A stretch of DNA of 64,000 nt. Origin: Octopus sinensis. Its lineage: Eukaryota. Of the stretch, positions 27,190 to 39,885 are shown piece by piece (position 1 is the first letter of the stretch; each line of letters opens with the position of its first letter). The DNA lies in the NCBI RefSeq assembly GCF_006345805.1, contig NC_043015.1:23622001-23686000 (forward strand). The letters are read 5' to 3'. Position numbers and translations under genes: made by a program. A model generated the notes under the pieces. It did no database searches. It had not been told where the DNA came from and saw only the letters and a program-made list of their open reading frames with translations.

Positions 27190-30100
27190 TCTATATATTC
27201 AACCACGTGCTTTCATACACCAACTTTCTCACCTATATATAAAACACGTGAGACCGAAAATGCCGCAGAAGACTAATACCTCGGATATAACTACAAATGA
27301 AGACATACTTAAAGAACTTAAAAGTATTAATGCACAACTCATTACCTTAAATAACAAAATCGAGGACTCAAATCTACTTGCCCGGGAAAGGAAAAACAGC
27401 GAAGATACAACTCGCTACACTGACCAGGTTAGTAATGATTTACAACTGTTATACAGAACGCTAAATTCAATTTTCATTAACAAATCCGACAATAAACAAC
27501 ACACACCAAATGAAACACACCAGAACATCATACGCACTCAAATCAACCCAACAAAAAGAAAAATAGAAAACATTTGGAATACAAACCTGCACAATAGAAA
27601 ACTCGCCTTCTGGAACATGATAAAAGATTCCAACAAAGCAGATATATACGAGGGATGGATGAACTCAACATCAATTATCCTCCCACGCAAATTCCAGATA
27701 AAAATAATACCCAACGAACCTGACGGACAGGGAACTATTAGGGAAAGGTCAGCTCTATCCAATTTAAAATCAGAAATAGAACTACTAAAACTTAGGGCCT
27801 CCACAAATGAGAAAAATATAAAAACATCGACGAGGAGATGCACAATGAAATACAAAAACAAACAGAGGGACAACCCCTCGAAAATACACTAAATCATTGG
27901 AAGGAAACCTAGGAAAAAAGCAACGATTTCTTCCAAAGATATGCGTCAATTTTCAAAAATGAATTGGGTACAGATAATCCCTTTCTTAAGAAAATTACAA
28001 AAAATAAAAAATAAAACCCGAACAACCCACAAACCACCCCCAACTATCCTCCATACACTAGAAACAGAAATCACCCACAACCAACATTTTCGAACCACGC
28101 AAGACTTAACAGGAAACAAGCTGACAGACAATGCGTCTATGAAATAGATTACACCAAAAACAGAACACACCAACAATATCCTAATACCAGACCCAACCAC
28201 CACATAACAGCACAAAGCAACACTAGAATAAGAAATACACCACACACAAGTCGCTACTACCCCATGAACCAAAATTACTGGTCCCCACCGAACACAAGAC
28301 AAACGCAAAAAAACACTAAGTCAAGCAACATCCCACATACAAGCAATTCGAAACAAAAATATTTCACATACAGACATTTTACACACACCACAAACGAAAA
28401 CAACCATAGATTCCCACACACACACAACAATCGGAGGCAACAATACCACCGTTCCCCCGATCCAATATCACACAACCTCACAGACAACTCATACAAACAA
28501 AATTACACCCAACATTTTTTAGCCCGGGACCAGAGACACCAGGACACAGGCTGGAACCTAGTAATAAGGAAAAACCGAAGATAATCAACCTTTCAACCAA
28601 ACCTCACTCTAACGTAAAAATTGACATCCTCTCAAAAGGGCTCAAATTTACGCCAACTCCACGCAGAGCCAACCTAAATGAAATCAAGGATAATATAACA
28701 GAATTCTGCTGAAAATTAAGACTAGCAGAAGCATCAACCAGTTTCAATACTGAAGATGAATTACTAGTCAAGAACAAAAGTGAACACATCCCCCACAAAG
28801 GAAGAAATAAAGATCTTGACGAATTCTGCAGCCACATTGAGAACTTTCCCTACCATGCTATACATAAACAGACAGTTAACTCATATTTTAACACTACACA
28901 GTGGAAGGAACTGATATAACTTCAAAATGAAGATATAACCATTAAAGAAGCAGACAAAGGAAGTGCAGTTGTAATAATGGATACATCATACTATAGAAAT
29001 CTTGTAATTTCCTTACTTGATGACAATCAACATTATGAAAAAATCACCAACTACACTCCGCAAAAAATAATGAAAACTCTATCTTCACTAATTAAAACCC
29101 ATGAAAAGGAACTAACAACCAAAGAGATTGACTTTCTAACAAACTTTAAATGCAAGCCTAGCCTCTTCTATGGTCTGCCAAAAATACATAAAAGCCAAAT
29201 TATAAATGAAACCATTAAAAAATCACCAAAGACATACATACACACACCTAACTCGGGGGACCTAAAACTACGACCCATTGTAGCTGGCCCAACCTGTGAA
29301 ACACACAGATTAAGTCTATTTATGGACATCCTCCTGAAACCCTTCCTTAAACATATCGATAGCCATATCACAGATGACTTGGATATGTTAAACCACCTTC
29401 CAAAAAAAGTCAAGGAAGAAACAATCATGGTTTCATTTGATGTAGTTAATTTATATACCAGTATAGCTCATAATTATGGATTAGAGGCAATACAGTTCTG
29501 GCTGGACCAATTTCCGGCAGAAATACCAAAAATGATCAGTAAAGAAGTCATTACTAAATCGGTTGAATTCATCCTACATAATAACCACTTCATGTTTGAC
29601 AATACATTTTACTGTCAACAATCCGGAATTGCTATGAGTACAAGGGCAGCACCAGTCATTGCGAACCTAACAATGGGCTACCTGGAAATAATTGTTCACC
29701 AGGAATCTTCATCAACCTTTGGAAACCCCCTCTCTCAATACATAAAAGAGAATTGGAAACGATTCCTGGACGATTGTTTTATACTCTGGAATGAAAACAC
29801 AGATAAACTCCTAAAATTCAAAAACCTATTGAACGGCATCAACCCAAATATACAGTTCACAACGGAATACAACCAAAAGGAGCTTCCATTCTTAAATATA
29901 CTAATTAAAAAATTAACCTTAAAATAGAAACATACATTTTTTTACAACGCCACAGACTCCAAACAATACCTACTATTTGATTCATGCCACCCAAGACACA
30001 CTAAAACAGACATCCCTTTCAACCTTGCAAGAAGGATATGCACAATAGTGTCAGAACTAAATACCAGAAACTTTAGACTACAAGAACTCAAAAACACCCT

Positions 30101-31105
30101 AATTGACAGACACTACCCAGCTCAACTCATAGAGGATGGGATCAGACGTGCAACAGAATTCAACACAACAACACACCTTCCCCGAAAATACTGCCTTACA
30201 TATCCACATACAACCCCATAAACAAAGAAGCCTTCACCATCATCACCCAGAATTTACCAATACTTCATAAGGACCCCAAATTAAAGGAAATTCGAAACAT
30301 ACATAAAATCATTAAAAGCTACAAACAACCTAAATCACTTAAAAAGATTCTCACAAAGGCAAAATTGCTTTCTGAAATTACGGTTGCAAAAGTAAAAAAA
30401 TGTGGTAGACCAAATTGCGCAACATGCCCAAAACTTCTAGAAGGATCAGAATTCCTCTTCAAAGAGGGACAAAAATTCAAGAGCAAATCTAATTTTACTT
30501 GTGCTTCTGAAAACATAATTTATGTCATAAGATGCTCGGGCTGCCACCAAAACTACGTGGGGTTCACGGGACTATCACTCAGATGTAGATGCACACTGCA
30601 TCGACAACAGATTGCATTCCCAGAATATAGAATGATACCCTTTAGTGAGCATATTGAGAAATGCGCAAAGCAACTACTACCACAATTTTTAATCTTTCCA
30701 TTTTATCAATGTGCTATTGGAACACCAACACAAATTAGACTAAACAAGGAAACATTCTTCATTGAAAAATATAAGCCCAAACTTAACCACTCTAACATTC
30801 TTATACAGAGAAACTCACCGCATTAAGTAAAAGAGGCAACAAATATAAAGCGATTATCTCCCTTACACCGGAAGAAATCACTTATTACCTCCCCTTACCT
30901 GGAACACTTCTTTACACTTCATAACGAAATCATAACACGATGTTTTGAGAAATTTGAAAAGTTAACATGAAGCCGGTAATTTCTTCAAAAACTATATCAC
31001 TGTATGAAATAAATTTTATAATATTCTTCAGACATAATGGCTCAAATATATTTTTTAACCTTTTAAAACAAGCCATCTGTAGTTTTTTCACTTTTTACTA
31101 TTTTC

Positions 31106-31110
<5 letters not shown>
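27190..31110 (+). mobile_element. Near full-length Penelope-like element, Neptune-type (N-terminal domain, RT, Cys motif, GIY-YIG), disrupted
   Basis: ATG at 27260. RT motifs FDVVNLYTSI, GIAMSTRAAPVIANLTM and RFLDDCF (28977..29927). CGRPNCATC linker and NIIY..CSGC..YVGFT endonuclease (30365..30826). Several stops and frameshifts. (TA)n on both sides. Confidence 0.93.
30943..30990 (+). ncRNA. Minimal hammerhead ribozyme motif in the PLE 3' pLTR, U3-A8 core variant (partly decayed)
   Basis: TTTTGAGAAAT-TTGAAAA-GTTAACAT-GAAG-CCGG-T-A-ATTTCTTCAAAA. Stem I is 11 bp with one bulge. Stem II and A15.1 are decayed in this copy. Confidence 0.6.
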
Positions 31111-31170
<60 letters not shown>

Positions 31171-31697
31171 AATACATACATACATACATACATAAATACA
31201 TACATATATATGCTATCGGCATGTATTATTGCAAATGACGATCCAAAATATTCAGTTTAACAATATCACAACCTGAAAAGTAAATCGATGTGTATTACTA
31301 CTGTCCGATTAAGTATGATATATGAATGTAATCCACGTGCGTGTTCCTGCTCCGCTTAGTCTATTCTTTTCGAACACAAATGTATCTTTAATTAGAAATG
31401 TTTTATACTATAAAGTTTGCAAGGCTACTGAGATGCGAAGTACTCTATGTTATAACGATGAAATTCTTGCTGTAACTTACGGTATATATCTTATAATGAT
31501 ATACGTTTATAATCTAATACTTAATGCTTGTCAGTGTTTGCCTTTATGTACATTCATAAATTTCTAATTATTTCATTAAGAATAAACAAATAATCAAGAC
31601 AAATATATTTTAAAATTCATGACTCCAAAGCAAAAACAAAAAATAAGGATATACAAACATACCGTATGACTTCGTCTTTTACAACACGCAATGTTAC

Positions 31698-31748
31698 AAT
31701 AATAATAGTTATAATAATAATAATATAATAATAATAATAATAATCATG

Positions 31749-31801
<53 letters not shown>
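31698..31801 (+). repeat. (TAA)n microsatellite opening the retroelement array
   Basis: Direct reading. Confidence 0.95.
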
Positions 31802-31803
<2 letters not shown>

Positions 31804-34800
31804 ACCGGGGAACGTTTAAAGGATACACCGGGGGACGTTTAAGAGGATACACCGGGGAACGTTTAAGGATACACCGGGGGACGTTTAAGATTTAAGAACG
31901 ATAAAACAGAGCTCCGAAGTCTAGCCACAAACATCGAAAACAAGGACATCGTATGGAGCCAAAGATTTACTAACAAAGGATTGGACTGTATCCGAGTAAG
32001 TAATACTCATTGACATTTATTACTATTTTCGAAACGAAATGATGTATTTTGACTCGATATCATCTCCACCTCTAACAAAACACATGTAAACATGCTTGAT
32101 ACATTACGATCCGTCAACACCAGATCATCCCCGACCCCAAACACCATGTACAAAGGAACTACGAAGAAATTAAATACCACCGATGTTATTCAACCCAAGA
32201 ATAACAATCGGGAGGTACGTACTTTAAACTTACAACACGAAATGTACGAAAAACTACACGTGCAAAAAATGTGACAACAGAAATGAACGGACCGGTACCC
32301 TACGAAAATGACGACCGTCAAAATAATGGGCCGGACATTGTTCCTCATGTCCCGCAAATAAAACCCAAAAGACATAAATAGACACGTGAGGAATACATTT
32401 CTATCCTACACGCATACTTCACAGCAGTGCTCTACCCCAAAAAATGAAAACACAACACATACATATAAAATATGGAAGGAAAATAGCATAAATATAGACT
32501 TGGATACAGCAATGAACCCTAATAAACTAGCTAACGTACGAAGAAACATTCTCAACGCAAAACAAATAGAAATAGAAATAAAACATCTAAAAGAAAAATT
32601 ACAGCAGGAAAATGTAGATAGAAGCCACACAACAATGCCCAATAATATACACACTGAAACAGTAAATCACGAAGACAAACGTAACATTCCCAGCAAACAC
32701 GATGTAAACAAAAACACCAAACCCAGCCAGTAAGGATGCATAATAATACACGACAAACAGCAAGCCAAAACACGGCAAACAAACATATAAATAAGAAAGA
32801 AAGCGACACAAATCTAAGACCTGGAAACAACGAAGGGGAGCCTAATGATTATGATAATTTAAAAAGTAAAATAATCAAAGAACTGAAAACCACAGAGCTC
32901 AAAATGGACCACCGACCATACCTCCCAAAAATCAAAATAGACGAAACAACACCAATTATAAACAGCATAAACCTAGCCGTCACGGAACTAATAGCCACTG
33001 AAACAAAAAGCGATATCACTGAGCTAAAAAACTTAGTTCCACTGCAGCCACAAAAGAAGCTGGATACTCACTCAAACCCATCCAAACAGGAGTACCACCA
33101 CCCAAACAAACCCTGTGGATAAATAACATCCAAAACAAAATACAAAAAATGAGAAAAGATCTGTCGATTCTTAATGAAATCAGTAGACAATCAACGCTAC
33201 TGAGCAACAAAAAGAAAACAAATATAACATCACAGAAAAAGATTTACCCGAGATAAAATAAAAGCTGAAGCAAGATGTCCTTGCCAAAGCACAAAGGACC
33301 CGCCGGTACGAGAAACGTCAGCGCTTCTTTGAACAAAACAAAAAGTTCAACTCCAACCCCAAAAAGTTCTATCAAGAACTTGGCAAAAATAAAATAGAAA
33401 TTACTGCAGCACCAACGGCAGAAGAAGTGGAAGAATTCTGGATAGAAATATGGTCAGCGAATGAACAACCAAAAAAAAAGGAGTATTAAAACAACAAACT
33501 CAGCATCTGAGCAACTTTGGACCCCCATAACAACTGAAGAGGTCACCAGGCACTGAAAATACTAAGCAACTGGAAGGCACCTGGGCATGACAAGATCCCC
33601 AAATTCTGGTTGAAATATCTAACAGGAATGCATAAAAAGCTGGCTGAAAACTTTAACAACATACTAGCAGAGCAAAAGACAATGCCTGAATGGCTCACGA
33701 AGGGGAAAATACCATCTTAATTCCCAAATAAAATGAGACAGCAAAACCAGAAAACTACAGACCAATAACCTGTCTCCCAACAATGTACAAGGCATTTACT
33801 GCAGTGATATCGCAAAGGTTGAACAAGCACCTGGACGAAAACAACTTGTTTCCAGAAGAGCAGAAAGGATGCCGCAAAGGCTAGTATAGTTGTAAAGATC
33901 AACTAATGATTAATAAAGCCATAACTGAAGACAGCCACAGAAAGAAGAAAGGCCTCAGTATTGCCTGGATCGACTACAGAAAGGCGTTTGATAGCATCCC
34001 CCACACATGGATCCTCGAAACACTAGCCATTAACAAAGTAGCACCAACAATTATAAAATTCATAGAGCACTCTATGAATAAATGGCAAACAGTGATACAG
34101 CTCCAAATAAAAGAGAGACTCGTGAAAACCAAAGCCATCCCCATTAGAAGAGGAATATTCCAGGGAGACACGCTCTCTCCATTCCTTTTCTGCTTGGCAC
34201 TGTCACCTCTATCTGATATGCTAAATAGAACTGGATGCGGATATAAATGTTACGGCAAAACGATCAGCCACCTTTTATATATGGATGACCTAAAACTATA
34301 CGCTGCAAATGACAAACAGCTGGAAACACTATTAAAGGCAGTTCATGGATTTACCAAAGAAAGAGATATGAAATTTGGATTTAAAAAATGCGCCAAAGTA
34401 ACCATGAAAAGAGGAAAACTAGTTAAGAGTAGCAACATCACAGTAGATAAAACCAATGAAATAAAAGAACTAGACCAAAGCCAAACTTACAAATACTTAG
34501 GAATCCATGAACTAGATAAGACACAACACACACAAATGAAAGAGAAAATAAAAAAAAGAATATTATAGACGAGTTAGATCAATACTAAAAACAGAGCTCA
34601 ATGCTAAAAACAAGATAATAGTTATTAACACTTTAGCTGTCCCAGTTATAAGTTACAGCTACAATATCCTTAACTGGACACTGAATGAACTGACCAAAAT
34701 AGATAGGAAAACAAGAAAAATAATGACAGGATCTAGGATGCATCACCCAAAATCTGACATAGAAAGACTATATATACAACGTATAGAAGGTGGTAGAGGC

Positions 34801-35977
34801 TTTATACAGCTGGAAAACTACTATAAAATAACCACCATATGACTGCAAAAATATCTACTTCAGAAGGAAGGAAAACTGATACAAATAGCGGCAAAACACG
34901 AGCAAAACAAAAAACTGTTCTCAGTATTTAAGGAAGCTGACAAATACAAACAAGAAATCATACCACCTAATAAATATGAAGAAGAAGAAGAAGAAGAAGA
35001 AGACGAAGAAGAAGAAGAAGAAGAAGAAGAATAAGAAGAAGAAGAAACAACAAAAGCTATAAAACAACTGAAATCCAAACAAAAAATAAAACAGCGACGA
35101 ACCATGATAAAACGATGGCAAGAAAAGCCCGTGCGTGGTAAATACTAGACTAAACTTAACGCAAAATAAATAGACAAAGAAAAATCCCAGCAATGGTTGA
35201 GTAGCTCAGGACTCAAAGCAGACACAGAGGGATTTTTAATTGCAGCACAAGACCAAAGCCTCCCTACCAGAAATTACAAAAAAAATATGTAATGAAAAGA
35301 AATATAACAAGTAACTGCAGAATATGTGGAGATGGACAAGAAACAGTAAATCATATTATCTCTGGCTGCCCAGTCCTGGCTAAGAAGGAATATATTCACA
35401 GACATGAGAGAGTTGGAACCTACATACACTGGAAGCTATGCCAACATTATGGAATAACAACAGAAAAAAGATGGTATAGGCGCACACCAGAAAAGGTCAC
35501 AGAAAACGAGAAAGCAGCCATACTCTGGGATATGCCGATACACACAGATAGAGAAATTAAGGCCAACAGACCAGATATAGTTGTCAGAGATCATGAAGGA
35601 AAAAAATGGTTTCTAATTGATGTATCAATACCGGCAGATGACAAAGTGTCTCTGAAAGGAATGGTGAAACTTTCAAAATACAATGACCTGGAAATAGAGG
35701 TAACCAGAATGCGGAATCTAAAAAGAGAAACAATTCCTATCATAGTAGGTGCATTAGGCATGATAAAAAATATTCAGACAAATACATAACAAAAACACCA
35801 GGACTTACAAACACATATAACATACAGAAAATTGCACTACTAGGCACTGCACACATCCTACGCAGAACACCTTCCATACAATAACCATCAGAGCATCACA
35901 ACAAATCACAGCACATACCTAAGGCACACAGAGCTGCGCTCGGTAGTGAAGTGAAAGCACGCTATAAAATAAAACTA

Positions 35978-35980
<3 letters not shown>
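31802..35980 (+). mobile_element. Apparently full-length (~4.2 kb) R4/Dong-clade RLE retrotransposon, pseudogenised
   Basis: N-terminal TREEYISILHAYF and NKLANVRRNI; NWKAPGHDKI; RT motifs GIFQGDTLSPFLFCLAL and HLLYMDDLKLY (33906..34568); CRICGDGQETVNHIISGC, RHERV and NRPDIVVRD..LIDVSIP (35292..35789). Ends AAAATAAAACTACTG-(AAT)n. Confidence 0.95.
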
Positions 35981-36054
<74 letters not shown>

Positions 36055-36095
36055 TAATAATAAAACTACTGAATAATAATAATAATAATAATAAT

Positions 36096-36652
36096 AAATG
36101 CCCTGATGCAGTACCAGGCAATGGCTCTCATGGCTTCTGATCTTAACTGAATTGGATGTTATCATGTACATTGTTTTGTCTTGGTATAAAAGATGGGCTA
36201 CAGCAAATATTCTGCTCAATACCACAGATTTGCTTGTCAGTTGTTTGACCTTAAGCAGTTGAGCATGTCCCTTAGTGGCTGACGATATGTGCATCTCTGA
36301 TCATGAGCAGAAGTAGTGGGGGAGCATCATAGCCATGTGTTGAGAGGGATTCTTTGGGGTTTGAATAATTCACCTCTGGAAACATGGGTGGTTCTTTCAA
36401 CATCCTTAAACAACCCTTATTCAGGGACCGTTTGAGCGGGATGGGCTACTCAACCTGAAGAAAATTCTAACTGGGCCCCACCTGCAAGGTCATGTGCTGT
36501 TTATCTTGATATGAGATCACCATGTCGCGCACATATGGTTGTGATGCATGTGCCTGGTGTACCTTTATCAGACGCGTATTCATGATGGGTATATTGGGCT
36601 TCGCATACTTTACTCCAGTGTCACTTTGATGGCATGAACTGCTCTCTCACTC
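36096..36652 (+). mobile_element. ~550 bp non-coding TAA-flanked element, copy 1
   Basis: AAATGCCCTGATGCAGTACC...CTGCTCTCTCACTC-(AAT)n. Homologous to 38187-38678 and 61201-61745. Confidence 0.85.
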
Positions 36653-36654
36653 AA

Positions 36655-36691
<37 letters not shown>

Positions 36692-36714
36692 TAATAATAA
36701 TAATAATAATAATA

Positions 36715-38063
36715 TTAATGAACAATGTAATAGTACATGTGAATGGCTCTGCAGCCTGAAGCAAGCAGCTTCTTATCTCCAGCAAGAGACTATCCATTTC
36801 ACTGAAAACAAAATCAGAAACATGAGTAAAAAGATAAGCAATTGGGAAACATCAGGACCTGATGGTCATCGCTCCCATATCTAGCCTTACGGGATTGACA
36901 CTGACTCGAGTTTCTTGGTGTTTACCCGTCCACAGCGTGTGTTAATCACCAGTTAGTGATGATAACTCACTTCACTCACAAAATACTATATGCTTTTTCC
37001 AACGACGAACCGTCGCTGATCTCGAAAAAGGAGAAATAAGCTATATTAAATCTCTGATCGTGATATAAACAGTAGCACTACGGAACCGTAACATATATTT
37101 TCCAATCAAGTGTAGCGTCCTATACAGGACAGTGCTACTGACGTTTATAACCCCATGAGGACATCTCTTAACGGCTAACATTCTGTGTCCTTTTTCTAGA
37201 TAAAGACCAATGCCTCAGAGAAATCGAGGGAAATGACAAGATTAGCACTTGGAGATGGCTAAAAAATAGGGATCTGAAAGGATTCACTGGGGCATTGATA
37301 GGCAACACCCAGGAACAAGCTCTGAGAACTAATTACACCAAGTTCCAAATAGATAAGTGTAGAATGAGTGGCAGTAGAATCGAAACAATCTCAGATATTG
37401 TGAGTGAATGTAGCAAGCTAGCCCAAAAGCTCTAGAAAAGGAGGCATGATAATGTTGCTGGGTTCCTTCACTGAGGCTATGTGAAGAGTACGACCTGAAG
37501 TGAGCTCGGAAATGCAACGAACATAAACCGAGAGTCACCGACAACGAGGAACATAAAATACGGTTGGATTTCACACTCCAGTATGACTCCCTAGTCGATG
37601 CTCGGAAAACCTGCAAGAAATTGTTGTGGTAGAGGAAAAACGGAGACTAATGTTATTGCAATACCTGAAGATGTACTCATAAGTGACAAAGAACTGGGAA
37701 AGATTGAAAAGCACAGACTACTAAAAGACGAAATTACAAGAATATGGATCATGAGGTGCGTGTCTGTCATTCCAATAGTTGTAGGGGAACTCGGAGCACG
37801 AACAATAATGTTCGAGAAATATTTTGAAGAAACCGGAATCGACATGTGAGTAGAGCAAGCCCAAAACACTGATCTGACGGGGACAGCTAGAATTTTAACA
37901 TTGGGACATAGATGTTAAATGTCTCTCATGATAATTAACAACCAAGTATCAAAGTTTAAAATGTGCAGAAAAAGACCATGTGAGACCTCTCAAAACAGGT
38001 TGCTGTCCGCTCTCACAGAATCTACCAGAACAAACAGTACCGAACATTCTGAGAGGTAACGCG
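36715..38063 (+). mobile_element. Old R4/Dong-clade element (different family), 5'-truncated, RT core deleted
   Basis: ISNWETSGPDG near 36840, then TWRWLKNRDLK..QEQALRTN..CRMS..ETISDIVSECSKLAQK..RRHDNVAG..IPIVVGELG (37240-37900). Flanked by (TAA)n. Confidence 0.8.
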
Positions 38064-38120
<57 letters not shown>

Positions 38121-38123
38121 CTA

Positions 38124-38186
<63 letters not shown>

Positions 38187-38187
<1 letters not shown>

Positions 38188-38678
38188 TCATGTACATTGT
38201 TTTGTCTTGGTATAAAAGATGAGCTACAGCAAATATTCTGCTCAATACCACAGATTTGCTTGTCAGTTGTTTGACCTTAACCAGTTGAGCATGTCCCTTG
38301 GTGGCTGACGATATGTGCATCTCTGATCACGAGCAGAAGTAGTGGGGGAGCATCATAGCCATGTGTTGAGAGTGATTCTTTGGGGTTTGAATAATTCACC
38401 TCTGGAAACATGGGTGGTTCTTTCAACATCCTTAAACAACCCTTATTCAGGGACCTTTTGAGCGGGATGGGCTACTCAACCTGAAGAAAATTCTAACTGG
38501 GCCCCATCTGCAAGGTCATGTGCTGTTTATCTTGATATGAGATCACCATGTCGCGCACATATGGTTGTGATGCATGTGCCTGGTGTGCCCTTATCAGACG
38601 GGTAGTCATGATGGGTATATTGGGCTTCGTATATTTTACCCCTGTGTCACTTTGATGGCATGCACTGCTCTCTCACTC
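38187..38678 (+). mobile_element. Non-coding TAA-flanked element, copy 2 (5'-truncated by ~60 bp)
   Basis: About 16 differences from copy 1 over ~490 bp (counted by eye). (TAA)n on both sides. Confidence 0.85.
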
Positions 38679-38720
38679 AATAATAATAATAATAATAACA
38701 ATAACAATTATAATAACAAC

Positions 38721-38772
<52 letters not shown>

Positions 38773-39619
38773 CTACGTAGGTAGCACTTTCAACCGCCTG
38801 CGTAGTTTATTTTATGAATTAGAAATATAACATGTTAAGTGACGTCAAACTTGATCTTGGTGGGAATTAAATAGCATATCATTATATCAGACATTCTATT
38901 AGCATTGCAATGAAGACTGATTAACAAAATCTGTGGGGATAACAGCCAGCTATATCAAAACCCGTGCACTAATGGTATGTTACTCTGTCGAAAGTGGATC
39001 GTTGCAAAGAGAAGTTTATTCTACCGAGATCAACTGTGTCTTTCATCGATGGAATATAGAAACAATGAATGTGTCCATAATTTTCGCAGTTGTCATTGGT
39101 TTTTGAAATCTTCGATGAAACTGTTTATTACATTTGTGCATTCAGAAATGGATAAAACATACAGGCACCAACCAGAATTAAACTGTGTACGTAAAGACAT
39201 GATTAAATAGCCTAATGTATTTCGTCTGGCATTCTACACATTCTTTGGTCAAACACACTAAGTCATGTGATAATATTGATTTCTTTGATATTGGCACAAG
39301 GTCAAGGGCTTTGATAAAATTAATGGCAACATCATTGAATAAAACTAAAACTAAAAAAAAGAAAACATGGGTTTGCAATGGAATATCAGAGACATGTTTG
39401 ACATGTCGTCTCATTCGAATGCAAATATAAAATTTCAGGAAAATGAAAAAAAATGTAGAAAGAACGTTAACAGTTAAATAAAGATCAAATGATGGCACAT
39501 CATCTTCGAGAATTCATGGTGTTACTCTGTCAAATAAACAGACTGGAAAAATTAGATTAATTTTAAAAGAAATAAAAGTTAAAAAAACATGGCTTTTGTT
39601 CGAGTGATAATGATTGTTT

Positions 39620-39885
39620 GGTCATTTTATTTTTCTTAATATTTGTTTATATCATCCGCATCATCACCATCACCATCACCATCACCATTACCTTCATCAC
39701 CATCATCATTATCATCACCACCACCAACACCAGCCACGTCGTCGTCATCCTCCTCCTTCCTTATTATTATTATAATTATTATTATTGTTGTATTGTTACT
39801 ATTATTATTAGTAGTATTAGTAGTATCGCCGTTGTTAGTGTTATCATTATTATTATTCATGTTGTTATTGTTGTTATTGTGTAAT
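39620..39885. repeat. Compound triplet-repeat tract (CAT/CAC, TTA, GTT)
   Basis: Direct reading. Confidence 0.85.

Noticed and set aside
28690-28930. Selenocysteine recoding of in-frame TGA in the PLE (as reported for some Naiad PLEs)
   Set aside because: The TGA sits in FC*KLRL where Arg (CGA>TGA decay) is expected. TAA stops and frameshifts also occur, and the domain order is Neptune-like, not Naiad.
31801-31890. CRISPR-like array
   Set aside because: The units are contiguous with no unique spacers, the context is eukaryotic and there are no cas genes.
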